Below are positions 49,507 to 59,859 of a DNA stretch of 64,000 bases, piece after piece; position 1 is the stretch's first letter, and each line of letters begins with the position of its first letter. The translations under genes and the position numbers were made by a program. Source of the stretch: Methanotrichaceae archaeon. GTDB lineage: Archaea; Halobacteriota; Methanosarcinia; Methanotrichales; Methanotrichaceae. The DNA is taken from contig CAWDLW010000024.1 of the NCBI GenBank assembly GCA_963803145.1, forward strand, positions 20,272 to 84,271, given 5' to 3'. The notes beneath the pieces are model-generated. The model was not told where the DNA came from. It was given only the letters and a program-made list of their open reading frames with translations, and made no database searches.

Positions 49507-50644
49507 GAGGATTCCTATTTACTTGTATCCTAAGGGCGGTTTTTTTAAATCGACTCTAGATTTGCCTTACGATGTTCGCTATTCTTGGTCTAACCTGTTT
49601 TTTTTCAGTTAATTCTCGATAGCATCCGCTATCCCTAAATGACATTTGCCTTTTTAAGAGTACAAAGCTGATACAAGTTAAAAGCGAAAGCGGTAACTAT
49701 CATTTTCACATGCACTCTTCTGACTGATGTAACAAGCACTCTTCCAGCCTCGAAAACCCTCTTGATTACAGCATGGGGCCTTTCGCCAGGCGATCTGAGG
49801 ATACTGATCAACTGATTGCGTTCTTTATCAAGATCAGAAAGAGGTTTATCAGTAGTCCTGCGCTTCATTGTAAAATCAATACCTTTGGCCTTCACACCGA
49901 AATATCCTCTATCTCTGAAAACTGGCACGCCAGGGATAGAGAGATCAACCTGACTGTCATGCAGTGATGCAGTCGAGGTCTCTATATCACGTATTAGGCT
50001 GTAATCGATATCAGTTATTTGATGTAACTTATATCCGAAGTGAGTTTCATTGCCTTTCTTAGCCCATGTGCCATCCTTGCTGCGACGTGTCTTAGCCTCA
50101 TCGCCACGTGGTTTCTTTGACTCCGATGATCCTGGATCTGCTTCTATAAAGGTAGCATCCTGAACAATTCCGCGTCTGATCTTCAATCCTTTTGCATCCA
50201 ACTGTCTTTGAAGTTCAGCCCAAACAAGCCTATCTGTTCCTGTCTCCGCCATTCGTTCTTTGAATGACCATATAGTTCTGGAATCAGGGAACTGATCAGG
50301 AAAACCAAGAAATGCCATAAATGATATGCGATCAGCCATTTGCCGTTCAACAGCCAGATCGCTCAGGCCATACCACTGCTGGAGAATCAGGATCCTGAAC
50401 ATTAGAATAACATCACAGTTGGGCCTTCCTCCCTTCTCGGTCTTATTAGTATACATCCCTTCCAGAAGAGGACGAAAGGGAACCCAATTGATCAATCCAG
50501 ATACTTGAGCTAATTTAGACTCCTCTTGCTTTGCATTTAGACCTTTCAATACCCAAGTAGTAAAAGAATCCATAACAATAAATACTATTTGCTGTATTTA
50601 ACACTTTCGATGCTAAAGCAGGGGGTAGGTTTATAGGAATCCTC
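49507..50644 (-). mobile_element. IS5-family insertion sequence, complete
   Basis: TIR GAGGATTCCTAT (49507) / ATAGGAATCCTC (to 50644); 4-bp direct repeat ATAA at 49503-49506 and 50645-50648. Confidence 0.92.
49635..50573 (-). CDS. IS5-family transposase
   Basis: GGRP, LQQWYGLSD..E..DR.SF..F, PD..TI, DATFIEA, FGYKLH, HDS, DRGY, R...E. Confidence 0.93.
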   Translation of the reverse strand: MDSFTTWVLKGLNAKQEESKLAQVSGLINWVPFRPLLEGMYTNKTEKGGRPNCDVILMFRILILQQWYGLSDLAVERQMADRISFMAFLGFPDQFPDSRTIWSFKERMAETGTDRLVWAELQRQLDAKGLKIRRGIVQDATFIEADPGSSESKKPRGDEAKTRRSKDGTWAKKGNETHFGYKLHQITDIDYSLIRDIETSTASLHDSQVDLSIPGVPVFRDRGYFGVKAKGIDFTMKRRTTDKPLSDLDKERNQLISILRSPGERPHAVIKRVFEAGRVLVTSVRRVHVKMIVTAFAFNLYQLCTLKKANVI

Positions 50645-50981
50645 ATAAATTTGCGCGGTACTGATAGTATATTTGAATATAGACTTTTTTCTATGCGGAA
50701 ACTACTCGGTGCTAGTGAAAGTATTAGATCTAGGAGAAACGTCTTCCGGAATAGAAGGATAATAGACTACTCGACCTTTTGCCATCAACTTGAAATTATA
50801 TACAGAATACCTCCCTTATCCAAGATCAACTTATGCTTAGGGTCCTTATGATCAACTTCGAGTTCTCACCATCTTTTAATAAGGTGATTTCACGTTCAGA
50901 CATGAGAATAGACTGTACTTCCTGCACAAGGTTTATTGCCTTTAAGCTGAACGTGAAGTCCGGCAATTTATGAGGAATGCT

Positions 50982-51488
50982 ATGCGACTTTCGATGGACT
51001 TGGAGTTACAGGATATACCAGGGCAGCTGCTTTTGGCACTACAGCCCTTGAAGGATAACAAGGCCAACATAATCAGCGTGGTTCATCACAGGGAGCGCAA
51101 GACCCCACGTGGCATGATACCAGTTCGCTTTGTCGTGGAGATGGATAGATCCAAACTGGATATAGTTAAAACTCAGCTCAAGAACAGCGGCGTCGCAGTG
51201 GTTCGGGCTGGAGAGGATCGATTCATCGAAGCGGTTTCGGTTGTTTTAGTCGGCCATATAATTAATAGCGACCTTGGAGATACTATTCGCAGGATCGATT
51301 CCACAGGCTTTGCTGAGGTCATGGATCTGGCATTATCAATGCCGGGAATCGATGAACCATCATCCGCTTACCTAAGGATCCGTGCTACGGGAAAGGCAGA
51401 GATTCAGAAGTCTCTGATGATGCTGCGTGAAATAGGCGCTGAGAAGAAGCTGCTTGTGATTGAGCCCATTGAGGCTGAGGCAGTATGA
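50982..51488 (+). CDS. ACT-domain amino-acid-binding protein coupled to homoserine dehydrogenase
   Basis: LELQDIPGQL..AL.P....ANIISVVH; second ACT-like half GHII..DL.DTI; ATGA overlap with hom. Confidence 0.82.
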   Translation: MRLSMDLELQDIPGQLLLALQPLKDNKANIISVVHHRERKTPRGMIPVRFVVEMDRSKLDIVKTQLKNSGVAVVRAGEDRFIEAVSVVLVGHIINSDLGDTIRRIDSTGFAEVMDLALSMPGIDEPSSAYLRIRATGKAEIQKSLMMLREIGAEKKLLVIEPIEAEAV

Positions 51489-52492
51489 GAGAAGTTAAAG
51501 CATCTCTAGTGGGCTATGGCATAGTTGGCCATGGCGTTGTTGAAGTCCTTCACCGAAAAGAGCGCATGCTACAAGAAATGGGGCTTGATCTAAAGCTGAT
51601 AAGTGTTACGGATCATACAGGCACAATCATATGCGAGGACGGAGTCGATGTTGATAAGATCCTGGGCGAGAAGACGCTTTCTAATGTAGCCACCTCGAGC
51701 ATGAAGGGCAAAGAGGCAATAGCCGCAATTGACTCCGACCTCGTAATAGAGGTCACTCCTACAAACATTGTCCACGGCCAGCCGGGTCTCGGGCACATGG
51801 AAGCCGCGCTCTCAAGCGGAAAACATGTAGTGACATCCAACAAAGGACCTCTTGTCGTGGCCTACAACAATCTCAAAAAGCTTGCCGAAGACAATGATGT
51901 GATGCTGAAATTCGAGGCCACAGTCGGAGGCACGATGCCACTCATCAACCTGGTCGAGCGCACGCTCGTTGGAAATACATTTTACGGCATCAGAGGCATC
52001 TTCAATGGAACGTGCAACTATATCCTGACCAGAATGTCCCAGGAGAACATTCCTTACACCCATGCCCTGAGCGAGGCCCAGGATTTAGGGATTGCCGAGG
52101 CTGACCCGAGCTACGATGTGGAAGGCGTGGATACTGCAGGAAAAGTAGTGATCCTGGCAAACGCCTTGTTTAATATGAACATAAAATACAGCGATGTCGA
52201 TGTTACGGGCATCACAGGTGTAACTCCAGAGGCCATCGCACTCGCAAAGGAAAAGGGATATCTAATCAAGCTCATAGGAGACGTGCCAGCCCTGACTGTC
52301 AAACCAACCCTTGTTCCAATAGGCAGCCCGATAGCAGTTGCAGGGACGCTCAACTCTGCTGCAATCTACACAGACCTGTCGGGAACGATAACGGTTACAG
52401 GCCTCGGCGCAGGTTCAATCGAGACCGCAAGCGCGATATTGAGTGATATAGTAAGCATCTATAGCACAAAGAGGATGAACTCGACATCTTAA
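51485..52492 (+). CDS. hom: Homoserine dehydrogenase
   Basis: GYGIVG, HVVTSNKGP, EATVGG..P, GIFNGTCNYIL, G.AEADP..DVEG.D...K, GAG..ETA. Confidence 0.94.
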   Translation: MREVKASLVGYGIVGHGVVEVLHRKERMLQEMGLDLKLISVTDHTGTIICEDGVDVDKILGEKTLSNVATSSMKGKEAIAAIDSDLVIEVTPTNIVHGQPGLGHMEAALSSGKHVVTSNKGPLVVAYNNLKKLAEDNDVMLKFEATVGGTMPLINLVERTLVGNTFYGIRGIFNGTCNYILTRMSQENIPYTHALSEAQDLGIAEADPSYDVEGVDTAGKVVILANALFNMNIKYSDVDVTGITGVTPEAIALAKEKGYLIKLIGDVPALTVKPTLVPIGSPIAVAGTLNSAAIYTDLSGTITVTGLGAGSIETASAILSDIVSIYSTKRMNSTS

Positions 52493-52505
52493 ACATGATC
52501 CGCTT

Positions 52506-54176
52506 ATGACCAGCTTCCTGAGCTTTGCAAAGCTCTGCCAGAACGTTGAAGGAGTCAGTGCAACCCTCGAGAAGATCGACCTAGTCGCAGCATTCCTGGC
52601 AGGGCTTGATGACAATGAGCTGGCCATAGCATCAAACTTCGTAATGGGCGTCATCTTTCCTCCAAGTTTGGATCTTGAGCTGGGAGTTGGGCCCAGCATA
52701 CTTTATGAAGCTCTTATGCGTGCATGCGGTTGCCCTTGGAGTGAGGTGGAAGACCTTCTCAGAGCGACTGGCGATCCAGGCATCGTCGCATCCAAGGTCG
52801 TGGAGAAGCGAAAGCCTCTGAACTTCGCGGCATTTGTGGGCAGCGATGATCTCACAATATCCGATGTTTATCAAAGGTTCTTGGATATCTCCAAAGCATC
52901 GGGCAAAAAAAGCCAGGATGCGAAAGTTAAGAATCTCCAGTATCTCTTCAGCCAGACATCGCCGCTCGAAGCACTATACATAGCCAGACTGGCGATAGAG
53001 GATCTGAGAATAGGCGTTGGCGAGGGAGGCGTTCGTGATGCAATTGCTAAAGCATTTGGTCGGTCGGCCGTTGAGGTTGAACGCGGCCACAACCTGACAA
53101 ACGATATGGGCCTTGTAGCTGTGAGCGCCAAGAAAGATACATTATCCAAGCTGAATGTAATGATCAACCACCCCATCAAGATGATGCTGGCTCAGCTTGA
53201 AGAAAATATCCCCACAGCCTTTAAGGAGCTTGGCACAGCCGCGATTGAATGGAAGTTCGATGGCGCTCGTGTCCAGATCCATAAGGATGGAGAGAAGGTA
53301 CGCATCTTCTCAAGAAGGCTTGAGAATGTCACATCATCTCTTCCGGAGATCACCAAGGCGATATTGAAGAATATCCACGCAAAGAGCGCAATACTTGATG
53401 GCGAAACAGTCGCCATCGGAGAAAATGGGAGACCGAGAGCGTTTCAGGATATACTAAAGAGGTTTCGCAGGAAATACAACGTAGATAAGCTTGCAGCTGA
53501 GATACCTCTGCACCTGTTCCTGTTTGACATGATTTATCTAGACGATAGAAGCATTATCGATCTTCCTTTATCTGAGCGCAGAGAGCTCCTGGTTAAAACT
53601 GCAGGCGCCCTAGCAGCTGAGCAGGTTATTTCAGATAGACCTGAGGTCGCTGAAGAGATCTACAAGAAAGCCCTAGATGCAGGCCATGAAGGTATAATGC
53701 TCAAGAATCCTTCATCTGCTTATTTGCCTGGAAAAAGGGGGAAGAACTGGCTGAAGATCAAGCCAATCATGGAGACGCTCGACCTAATAGTAATAGGCGC
53801 AAAATGGGGTGAAGGCAGAAGGGCCAGGTTTTTGGGTTCCTACAGGCTAGCATGCCGAGAGCCTGAGACAGGGGATCTACTGGACGTAGGCTGGGTAGCA
53901 ACTGGTCTAACTGACGAGATGCTGGCAGAGCTCACTGAGACATTCAAAAACCTTATCATAGTCCAGAGAGGCATGGAGGTTGAACTGAAACCTGCTATGA
54001 TATTTGAGGTGGCCTATGAGGAGATCCAAAGGAGCCAAAATTACTCATCGGGTTACGCTTTGCGCTTCCCCAGATTGATTGCGGTCAGACATGATAAATC
54101 CCTGGATGAGGCAGATTCCCTTGAGAGGGTGGAACGTCTATATAAAATGCAGAGAGGCCGGGGCACCTCTGCTTGA
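52506..54176 (+). CDS. lig: ATP-dependent DNA ligase
   Basis: EWKFDGAR, ILDGE, FD, HEGIMLK, WLKIK, ALRFPR. Confidence 0.95.
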   Translation: MTSFLSFAKLCQNVEGVSATLEKIDLVAAFLAGLDDNELAIASNFVMGVIFPPSLDLELGVGPSILYEALMRACGCPWSEVEDLLRATGDPGIVASKVVEKRKPLNFAAFVGSDDLTISDVYQRFLDISKASGKKSQDAKVKNLQYLFSQTSPLEALYIARLAIEDLRIGVGEGGVRDAIAKAFGRSAVEVERGHNLTNDMGLVAVSAKKDTLSKLNVMINHPIKMMLAQLEENIPTAFKELGTAAIEWKFDGARVQIHKDGEKVRIFSRRLENVTSSLPEITKAILKNIHAKSAILDGETVAIGENGRPRAFQDILKRFRRKYNVDKLAAEIPLHLFLFDMIYLDDRSIIDLPLSERRELLVKTAGALAAEQVISDRPEVAEEIYKKALDAGHEGIMLKNPSSAYLPGKRGKNWLKIKPIMETLDLIVIGAKWGEGRRARFLGSYRLACREPETGDLLDVGWVATGLTDEMLAELTETFKNLIIVQRGMEVELKPAMIFEVAYEEIQRSQNYSSGYALRFPRLIAVRHDKSLDEADSLERVERLYKMQRGRGTSA

Positions 54177-54221
54177 GATAATTTAAGATAATAATTGAGA
54201 TAATAAGCTTGAGATAATAAG
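54173..54221. repeat. Short degenerate tandem repeat (about four copies of T(G/A)AGATAAT) between lig and hisD
   Basis: TTGAGATAAT, TAAGATAATAA, TTGAGATAATAAG, TTGAGATAATAAG. Confidence 0.6.
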
Positions 54222-54240
54222 GTTGTAATTGCTTAAGGCG

Positions 54241-55530
54241 ATGATAATGATAACCAAAAGGCTTGAAGAATTAAATGATGATGACCTGAAAAGCCTGTTT
54301 TCCCGCGAGGTGGGAATACAGGATGTTCTGCCAGATGTAAACAATATCCTGATAGATGTCGGATCCGAAGGAGATAAGGCCCTTTTCAAATATGAAGAAA
54401 AGTTCGATGGCGTGAAGCTCGAGAACCTGATGGTCAGCCAGGAGGAGATCGCCGCCGCTTATGAGGCTGTAGATGAGAAGCTCATAAACTCCCTTCAGGA
54501 GGCGGCATTGAATATTATGGCGTTCCATAATGAGCAGCAGGAAAGGGACCTCTGGATGACTGAGATATCGCCTGGAGTGATCGTCGGCCAGAAGGTCGTG
54601 CCCCTGGATTCGGTGGGAGCCTATGTTCCCGGAGGCCGCGCCACTTACCCAAGCTCAGCTCTTATGAGCGTAATTCCCGCCAAGGTTGCCGGAGTACCGA
54701 GGGTCATAGTATGCACTCCTCCGAAGGCAGATGGAACTGTGGCGCCGCTCACACTCGTAGCTGCAGATTTGGCAGGTGCTGACGAGATTTATAAGCTCGG
54801 AGGAGTTCAGGCGATAGCTGCAATGGCCTTCGGAACAGAGACGGTTCCCAAAGTCAACAAGATTGTAGGGCCTGGGAACGTTTACGTTACAGCCGCAAAG
54901 ATGCTTGTACGAGGGACAGTTGAGATCGATTTTCCAGCTGGTCCGAGCGAGGTTTTGATTATAGCCGATCGCTGTGTAGATCCTGGAGTTCTGGCGGCGG
55001 ATATGATCGCCCAGTGCGAGCACGATCCTCAGTCAATAGCTGTATTGATCTCGATGGACGAGCTCTTGGCAAGCGCGGTGATTGAGGAGATAGAGATACA
55101 ATCGAAGAGCGCAGAGCGTGCGGAGATAATCCAAAAGAGCCTGGAGCATAGCGCGGTTCTTGCGGCAACTAGCATGGCGGAGGCTGTGGACTTTGCAAAT
55201 GCATTTGCGCCTGAGCACCTGGAGATTATAGTAACGGATCCCCTCTCAGTGCTTCGATTGATCACCAATGCGGGCAGTATATTTATCGGAGGCTATACGC
55301 CTGTTGCAGCAGGCGATTATGCAAGCGGCACAAACCATATACTTCCAACGTCAGGCTATGCCAGGACCTTTTCAGGCCTGAATGTCGATCATTTCACAAA
55401 GAAGATCACCGTCCAGATGATAACGGATAAGGGTCTCGAAAGCCTCGAGGAGACAATAACTTCTCTTGCAGAGGCAGAGGGCCTAAAAGCGCATGCTCAG
55501 TCTGTCAGGAGGCGGCTTGAGCCAAAGTAG
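54241..55530 (+). CDS. hisD: Histidinol dehydrogenase
   Basis: [51 protein letters not shown]. Confidence 0.96.
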   Translation: MIMITKRLEELNDDDLKSLFSREVGIQDVLPDVNNILIDVGSEGDKALFKYEEKFDGVKLENLMVSQEEIAAAYEAVDEKLINSLQEAALNIMAFHNEQQERDLWMTEISPGVIVGQKVVPLDSVGAYVPGGRATYPSSALMSVIPAKVAGVPRVIVCTPPKADGTVAPLTLVAADLAGADEIYKLGGVQAIAAMAFGTETVPKVNKIVGPGNVYVTAAKMLVRGTVEIDFPAGPSEVLIIADRCVDPGVLAADMIAQCEHDPQSIAVLISMDELLASAVIEEIEIQSKSAERAEIIQKSLEHSAVLAATSMAEAVDFANAFAPEHLEIIVTDPLSVLRLITNAGSIFIGGYTPVAAGDYASGTNHILPTSGYARTFSGLNVDHFTKKITVQMITDKGLESLEETITSLAEAEGLKAHAQSVRRRLEPK

Positions 55531-55570
55531 CTGGTGAAATTTTGTCTTGGGTGGCATTCAAAACTCACTA

Positions 55571-55669
55571 ACTAAACCACAGAGGCACAAAGGACGAGAA
55601 AGATAAAGGATAGTGAAATACAAAGACAAGTCTTTAAGGCCGTCTTTGTGCCTTTGGTCTTTTGTGGTT
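55571..55669. repeat. REP/MITE-like element, copy 3 of the dispersed repeat family
   Basis: ACTAAACCACAGAGGCACAAAGG ... GTCTTTGTGCCTTTGGTCTTTTGTGGTT, inverted arms around ~50 bp. Confidence 0.6.
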
Positions 55670-55968
55670 CCGGTCATAATTGAGCCAAGAAATTACATAT
55701 ACCATTATATGAAACAGTGCTAGCAACAGATTTGCTAATATTATTTCAATATTTTACCATCAAGTTAGATTTAAGATCGTTAAACAAATAATAGATAGGC
55801 TATGTGTCAGATCTGCGGATGTGGAATAGATCCCGGCAGCCAGGATTCCATGATTACTAAGAATTACAGGTGCATTGAATGCGGCAGAAGTTTTAAGGGA
55901 CTGGAGATCGTGCCAAGCTGTCAGTTCTGCGGTTCGAGTAAGGTAAAACGCCATGTAGGCAGGCAACA

Positions 55969-56829
55969 ATGACTGAGCATTTTCTTGAGATGGCCAAGGC
56001 CCAAGTAAAGGTAGCTGACGGAAAGATCGAGGTTTTGACAGATCCTCAGATCAGATGCTGTCCCTTGAGAAGAGATCTTTACGGCATTAAAGAAGAAAGC
56101 CGGGAAACTGTTGAGAATGTCTTGAAAAGCCATATCGAAGATCTGGGAATGTATAGCCCTAAAAGGGTTTTAGAGCTGAAAGAAAGGCCCGTCAGCTTCG
56201 GAGCATCAGAGATTTTGGCTGATGCAATGGCTGAAGGCCTGTTAGATGCCGCCGTTGTTGTCTGTGAGGGCGCGGGAACAGTGATAGTGGCAAAGCCTGA
56301 GGTTCTCCAGGCTATCGGCGCCCATATGACGGGTCTAATGAGAACAGAGCCCATAAGAGAGGTTCAAGAGGGACTGGAAGGAAAAGGCTGCATTCTCTTA
56401 GACAGGCTATGCACGATCGATCAGGCCAGAGGCTTTGAAAGGGCGGCAGAGGCTGGCTTTAGAAGAATTGCGGTAACTATAGCTGGCAAATATGCGTTTG
56501 TTGCTAAAAAGCTGCGAGAGCTTGGGGAAATTGTAGGAAAGGAGCCGATAATCCTGGCGGTACATACTACGGGCATAAGCGAGGCAGAGGCAGAAGAGCT
56601 AGCAAATGGCTGCGACATCGTCTGGTCATGTGCATCAAAGGCTGTGAGGGAGATCGTCGGAGAAAAGGCGAGGCTACAGATAGGTATCTCCATTCCTGTC
56701 TTTGCGCTGACAAAGGCTGGAAAGCGGCTTGTGCTCAATCGAGCATTGAACTTCGAAGATGGCCTTGTGATCAATAGGGCGAGTTTGCCGATGGTGCCTA
56801 GAGGGAAGCAGCCTGAGCCGCTGCTGTAA
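55969..56829 (+). CDS. Methanogenesis marker 8 protein (DUF2099)
   Basis: CPL, FGASE, LDAAVVVCEGAGTV, TEPI, IDQ..G, VHTTG, CASK. Confidence 0.85.
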   Translation: MTEHFLEMAKAQVKVADGKIEVLTDPQIRCCPLRRDLYGIKEESRETVENVLKSHIEDLGMYSPKRVLELKERPVSFGASEILADAMAEGLLDAAVVVCEGAGTVIVAKPEVLQAIGAHMTGLMRTEPIREVQEGLEGKGCILLDRLCTIDQARGFERAAEAGFRRIAVTIAGKYAFVAKKLRELGEIVGKEPIILAVHTTGISEAEAEELANGCDIVWSCASKAVREIVGEKARLQIGISIPVFALTKAGKRLVLNRALNFEDGLVINRASLPMVPRGKQPEPLL

Positions 56830-56992
56830 TTATTGTGAGCTCTTGATAATAGCCGATGGCAAAGATAGGAAGGTAGAATGGCTTCATGAGTACATGCGAG
56901 TGATTAAGGCTAAACTCGAAGGCGACAGTCTCTCGCCAACCTGCCCAATGATATGGATATCTTTTTTATGTTCAGCTATATAACTCCAATAT

Positions 56993-57865
56993 ATGTTTAA
57001 GCTTGGCGAATACTGCGAGAATGATGCGAAGTCCCTTATCAATTACCTGAAGAAGGCTGGATTTAAGGTAGACATGAGGCCATATCTCACAGCTGTGCCC
57101 CACTCTTCATCCTTCCTGAAGGGGAAGCTGAGTGAACTCAAAGGCCAGGTTGAAGATATAGAAAAATACGAGCAATACCTTGCAGCCATTAAATCGGTGC
57201 TGCCTGCAAGCACGAACCATGAGGATTTTAGGGAACGCTTTCTTACGGAGGTCGAACCTTCCTGGAAGGAGATGGATGAGCTGCGAGTGAGATCCTCAGA
57301 CCCATCGATTGTGCTATCAGATGATGAACAGGATAGGATGGAAAAATCTCTAGAGAATCTTGCAAATTTGATAATAATCTACGAATTTGCCATGAATGTA
57401 TTAACCCTCAACGATATTAAAGTAGGCGAGCATGCAGGTGAAAAGTTAACTGATCCTATTCTTATGATAAGAGTCGAAGCTGATGAATGCAGTCCTGATC
57501 AGAAGATGCTAATCCGAGAAATGAAGGTATTGCTGGAGAAAGTCTACGATGTATACATCGATGAATTCTCAACGCCGTTATACCGGGACCTCGATGAAGA
57601 ATTCCGCGATGATTTTTTTGCCGAGTCTACGAAGATCATGACTTTGGGACTGCTGATAGAGAATCTGGTGGAAGAACCCTCAGAAGGAAAGATGGATATC
57701 GAATCATTTGCGGACGAAAGGTGTTTTCTTGAGCTGGAGGGAGAGGAAAAGTCTATTTCGCTTACCATCGATGCCAGCATGGTCGCTGAGGATATAGCCA
57801 GGGTTCTTGAAAAGAACGGTGTGATCAAGATCAAAGGAGATACTATAAAATGGAAAGCTAGATAG
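56993..57865 (+). CDS. Acidic hypothetical protein
   Basis: 290-aa clean ORF; C-terminal RVLEKNGVIKIKG resembles a wHTH end. Confidence 0.7.
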   Translation: MFKLGEYCENDAKSLINYLKKAGFKVDMRPYLTAVPHSSSFLKGKLSELKGQVEDIEKYEQYLAAIKSVLPASTNHEDFRERFLTEVEPSWKEMDELRVRSSDPSIVLSDDEQDRMEKSLENLANLIIIYEFAMNVLTLNDIKVGEHAGEKLTDPILMIRVEADECSPDQKMLIREMKVLLEKVYDVYIDEFSTPLYRDLDEEFRDDFFAESTKIMTLGLLIENLVEEPSEGKMDIESFADERCFLELEGEEKSISLTIDASMVAEDIARVLEKNGVIKIKGDTIKWKAR

Positions 57866-58172
57866 GGAAAATAATTTCATGTTAATTCTTTTTATTTAAA
57901 ATGGGTCGGAGGAAGATGTATATAAAATGCTGGTATGGCGAATTTGCGATAAACTTTTCGATGGCAAGATAAATTAATCCAAAGTGAGCTACAGCAATAT
58001 AATATGAACAAAATTATTTAACAACCCCGTAAGAAGCCCAATTAACTAGCGGTATTTCCACTGCGGTGCCTTTCGTCCAGGATTTCTTCGATTTGGCAAT
58101 ACCGGGTCTTTTCGTCGCGCACTAAGGCTCAATACTATTAAGTGCTTCAGCTACTTCCAAATCCTCTTGAAG

Positions 58173-58841
58173 TCACTGCAGCAGCCTGCTCTTCATGATA
58201 TCCTTCTTATCGAGAACCCTGATGCAATCACCAATGTCCGTCTGCAGACATTTCTCACTATCACCATTGGAAGCAAACGCAGCTTGATTTCTTAATAAAT
58301 CAATTTCTTTATCTTTCAAATACATCATATCTTGGATCAGGTCCATATCATGGCGCAGACGTTCGATCTCGCTCTTAGATTGAAAGTTCTCTATTCGAAG
58401 TTGGTCACGATCGTTACTCAGTTGGCCATCAGTGGATTTGGGTTTTTCAGTGGCCAGAACTCTGAGATAGCATTCTTTGATAAATAGCGGCTCTAATTCT
58501 ATGGACCTATAATAGCAACTCATAGCCGCTTCATGCTTGCCAAGCTTAAGCGTTGCATCGCCCTTGATAATCAAAACAAGAGGATTATCCGGATTTAGAT
58601 CAAGGGATAAATCACAATAGTGCACTGCTTGGCTGTACAGCTTCATAGAGAACAATACATCTGCTTTTGCACCTAGGGCTTCCCAGCTTTCCGGATTCTC
58701 TTCAATTTCTGAATCAATTATTGATAAGGCGTCATCGAGGTCTCTTAAGGAAGAACCAAAATCATTCTTTAAGAATGAGTGGCCATCTATTTTAGGTTCA
58801 GCACTATCCCTAGCAATTCCCTCTTGCATATTACCCCTCAC
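58173..58841 (-). CDS. TPR protein with a C-terminal coiled-coil
   Basis: ALGAKADVLF..A...DL.L.LNP, KGDATLKLG..A..Y..SIELEP; heptad-like EIERLRHDM..KDKEIDLLR. Confidence 0.75.
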   Translation of the reverse strand: MRGNMQEGIARDSAEPKIDGHSFLKNDFGSSLRDLDDALSIIDSEIEENPESWEALGAKADVLFSMKLYSQAVHYCDLSLDLNPDNPLVLIIKGDATLKLGKHEAAMSCYYRSIELEPLFIKECYLRVLATEKPKSTDGQLSNDRDQLRIENFQSKSEIERLRHDMDLIQDMMYLKDKEIDLLRNQAAFASNGDSEKCLQTDIGDCIRVLDKKDIMKSRLLQ

Positions 58842-59060
58842 TCCTTTTATAAACTTAAAGCATATATATAACTTTCTACATTAGAATTTGAATAAGTTAA
58901 GCAAAGGCTCCTGTGTCAATTGGCAGATTCCGAATTCCATCAATGATATTCTGGAGTTCCAAATTTAAGCCTGCACGGTAACCTTGCCATAAGTCCGCAA
59001 TCTGATTGCTTAGGGCTTGGCCGGGATAAGCATTAGAATGAAGTGCAACAATATCTATTA

Positions 59061-59471
59061 CTAAGCGGCCTGGGGCAGGCTGTCGAATCCTTCTCGCCAT
59101 GAATTCATTATCAGGAATCTAATATATTCGATAGCTTTTATAAAGCCGTCTGCTTTTTCTTTTGCGACTTTACACCCATCGATTGTTAAAGTGTATCTCT
59201 TGGCCCTCATGTCGCTAAGATCAGTTGCGAAACTTATAACGCCTTCGCGTTCCAGGGAATATAAAATAGGGTAAACAGCACTCAAACCTAGAAGAACATT
59301 GCTTCTAATAAATATCGCCCTGATTATGTCGTAGCCAGTGGACCTAGGGTGTTCATTCAGTATTGATAGTATTAGGACCTCTCTGTTCGATTTTATTAGC
59401 TTCTCTAGCCATATCCCAAAATCTCTATTTTTTGGGCTATCAGAAAATAGGAGCCCTCTTGCGTCATCCAT
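59061..59471 (-). CDS. PadR-family transcriptional regulator
   Basis: LILSIL...P..GYDI....VYPILYSLEREG.I...AKRYTLT..G. Confidence 0.82.
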   Translation of the reverse strand: MDDARGLLFSDSPKNRDFGIWLEKLIKSNREVLILSILNEHPRSTGYDIIRAIFIRSNVLLGLSAVYPILYSLEREGVISFATDLSDMRAKRYTLTIDGCKVAKEKADGFIKAIEYIRFLIMNSWREGFDSLPQAA

Positions 59472-59859
59472 TACTACCCCTTCTATCTAATATAATTGGG
59501 AGAGCTATCTAATAAATTTATCGCTGGATATTTCATCATTGAGGAAAAATTGAATGAAATTGTTTGTATAATATAGCACTCTGCATCATAAATATTTCAA
59601 ATTAGCAAGCAATGCAGACATTAGCTATCAATCCTTCAAGATGCAAAACAAGAAAATTTAAATCCAATGCAAAATATCCATATTATGATATGAGATTTAA
59701 CCGTATGTTTCCATAATTATTTCATTTTTTGAAGCGAGATTAATTCTTTGTATTGAAGCAAAGTTAATTTTTTATATTTTAGTTAAATATCCTCACAATA
59801 ATACCGAAAATTGGTAGGTTAATTTAGGGAAAATAGAATAATTTCAGGTGGGAAATTAT

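Noticed and set aside
50700-50905. Possible frameshifted small minus-strand gene next to IS5
   Set aside because: Requires an assumed indel and has no identifiable motif
58020-58130. GC-richer patch in an AT-rich convergent spacer (possible ncRNA)
   Set aside because: No convincing stem or box motifs could be established by eye
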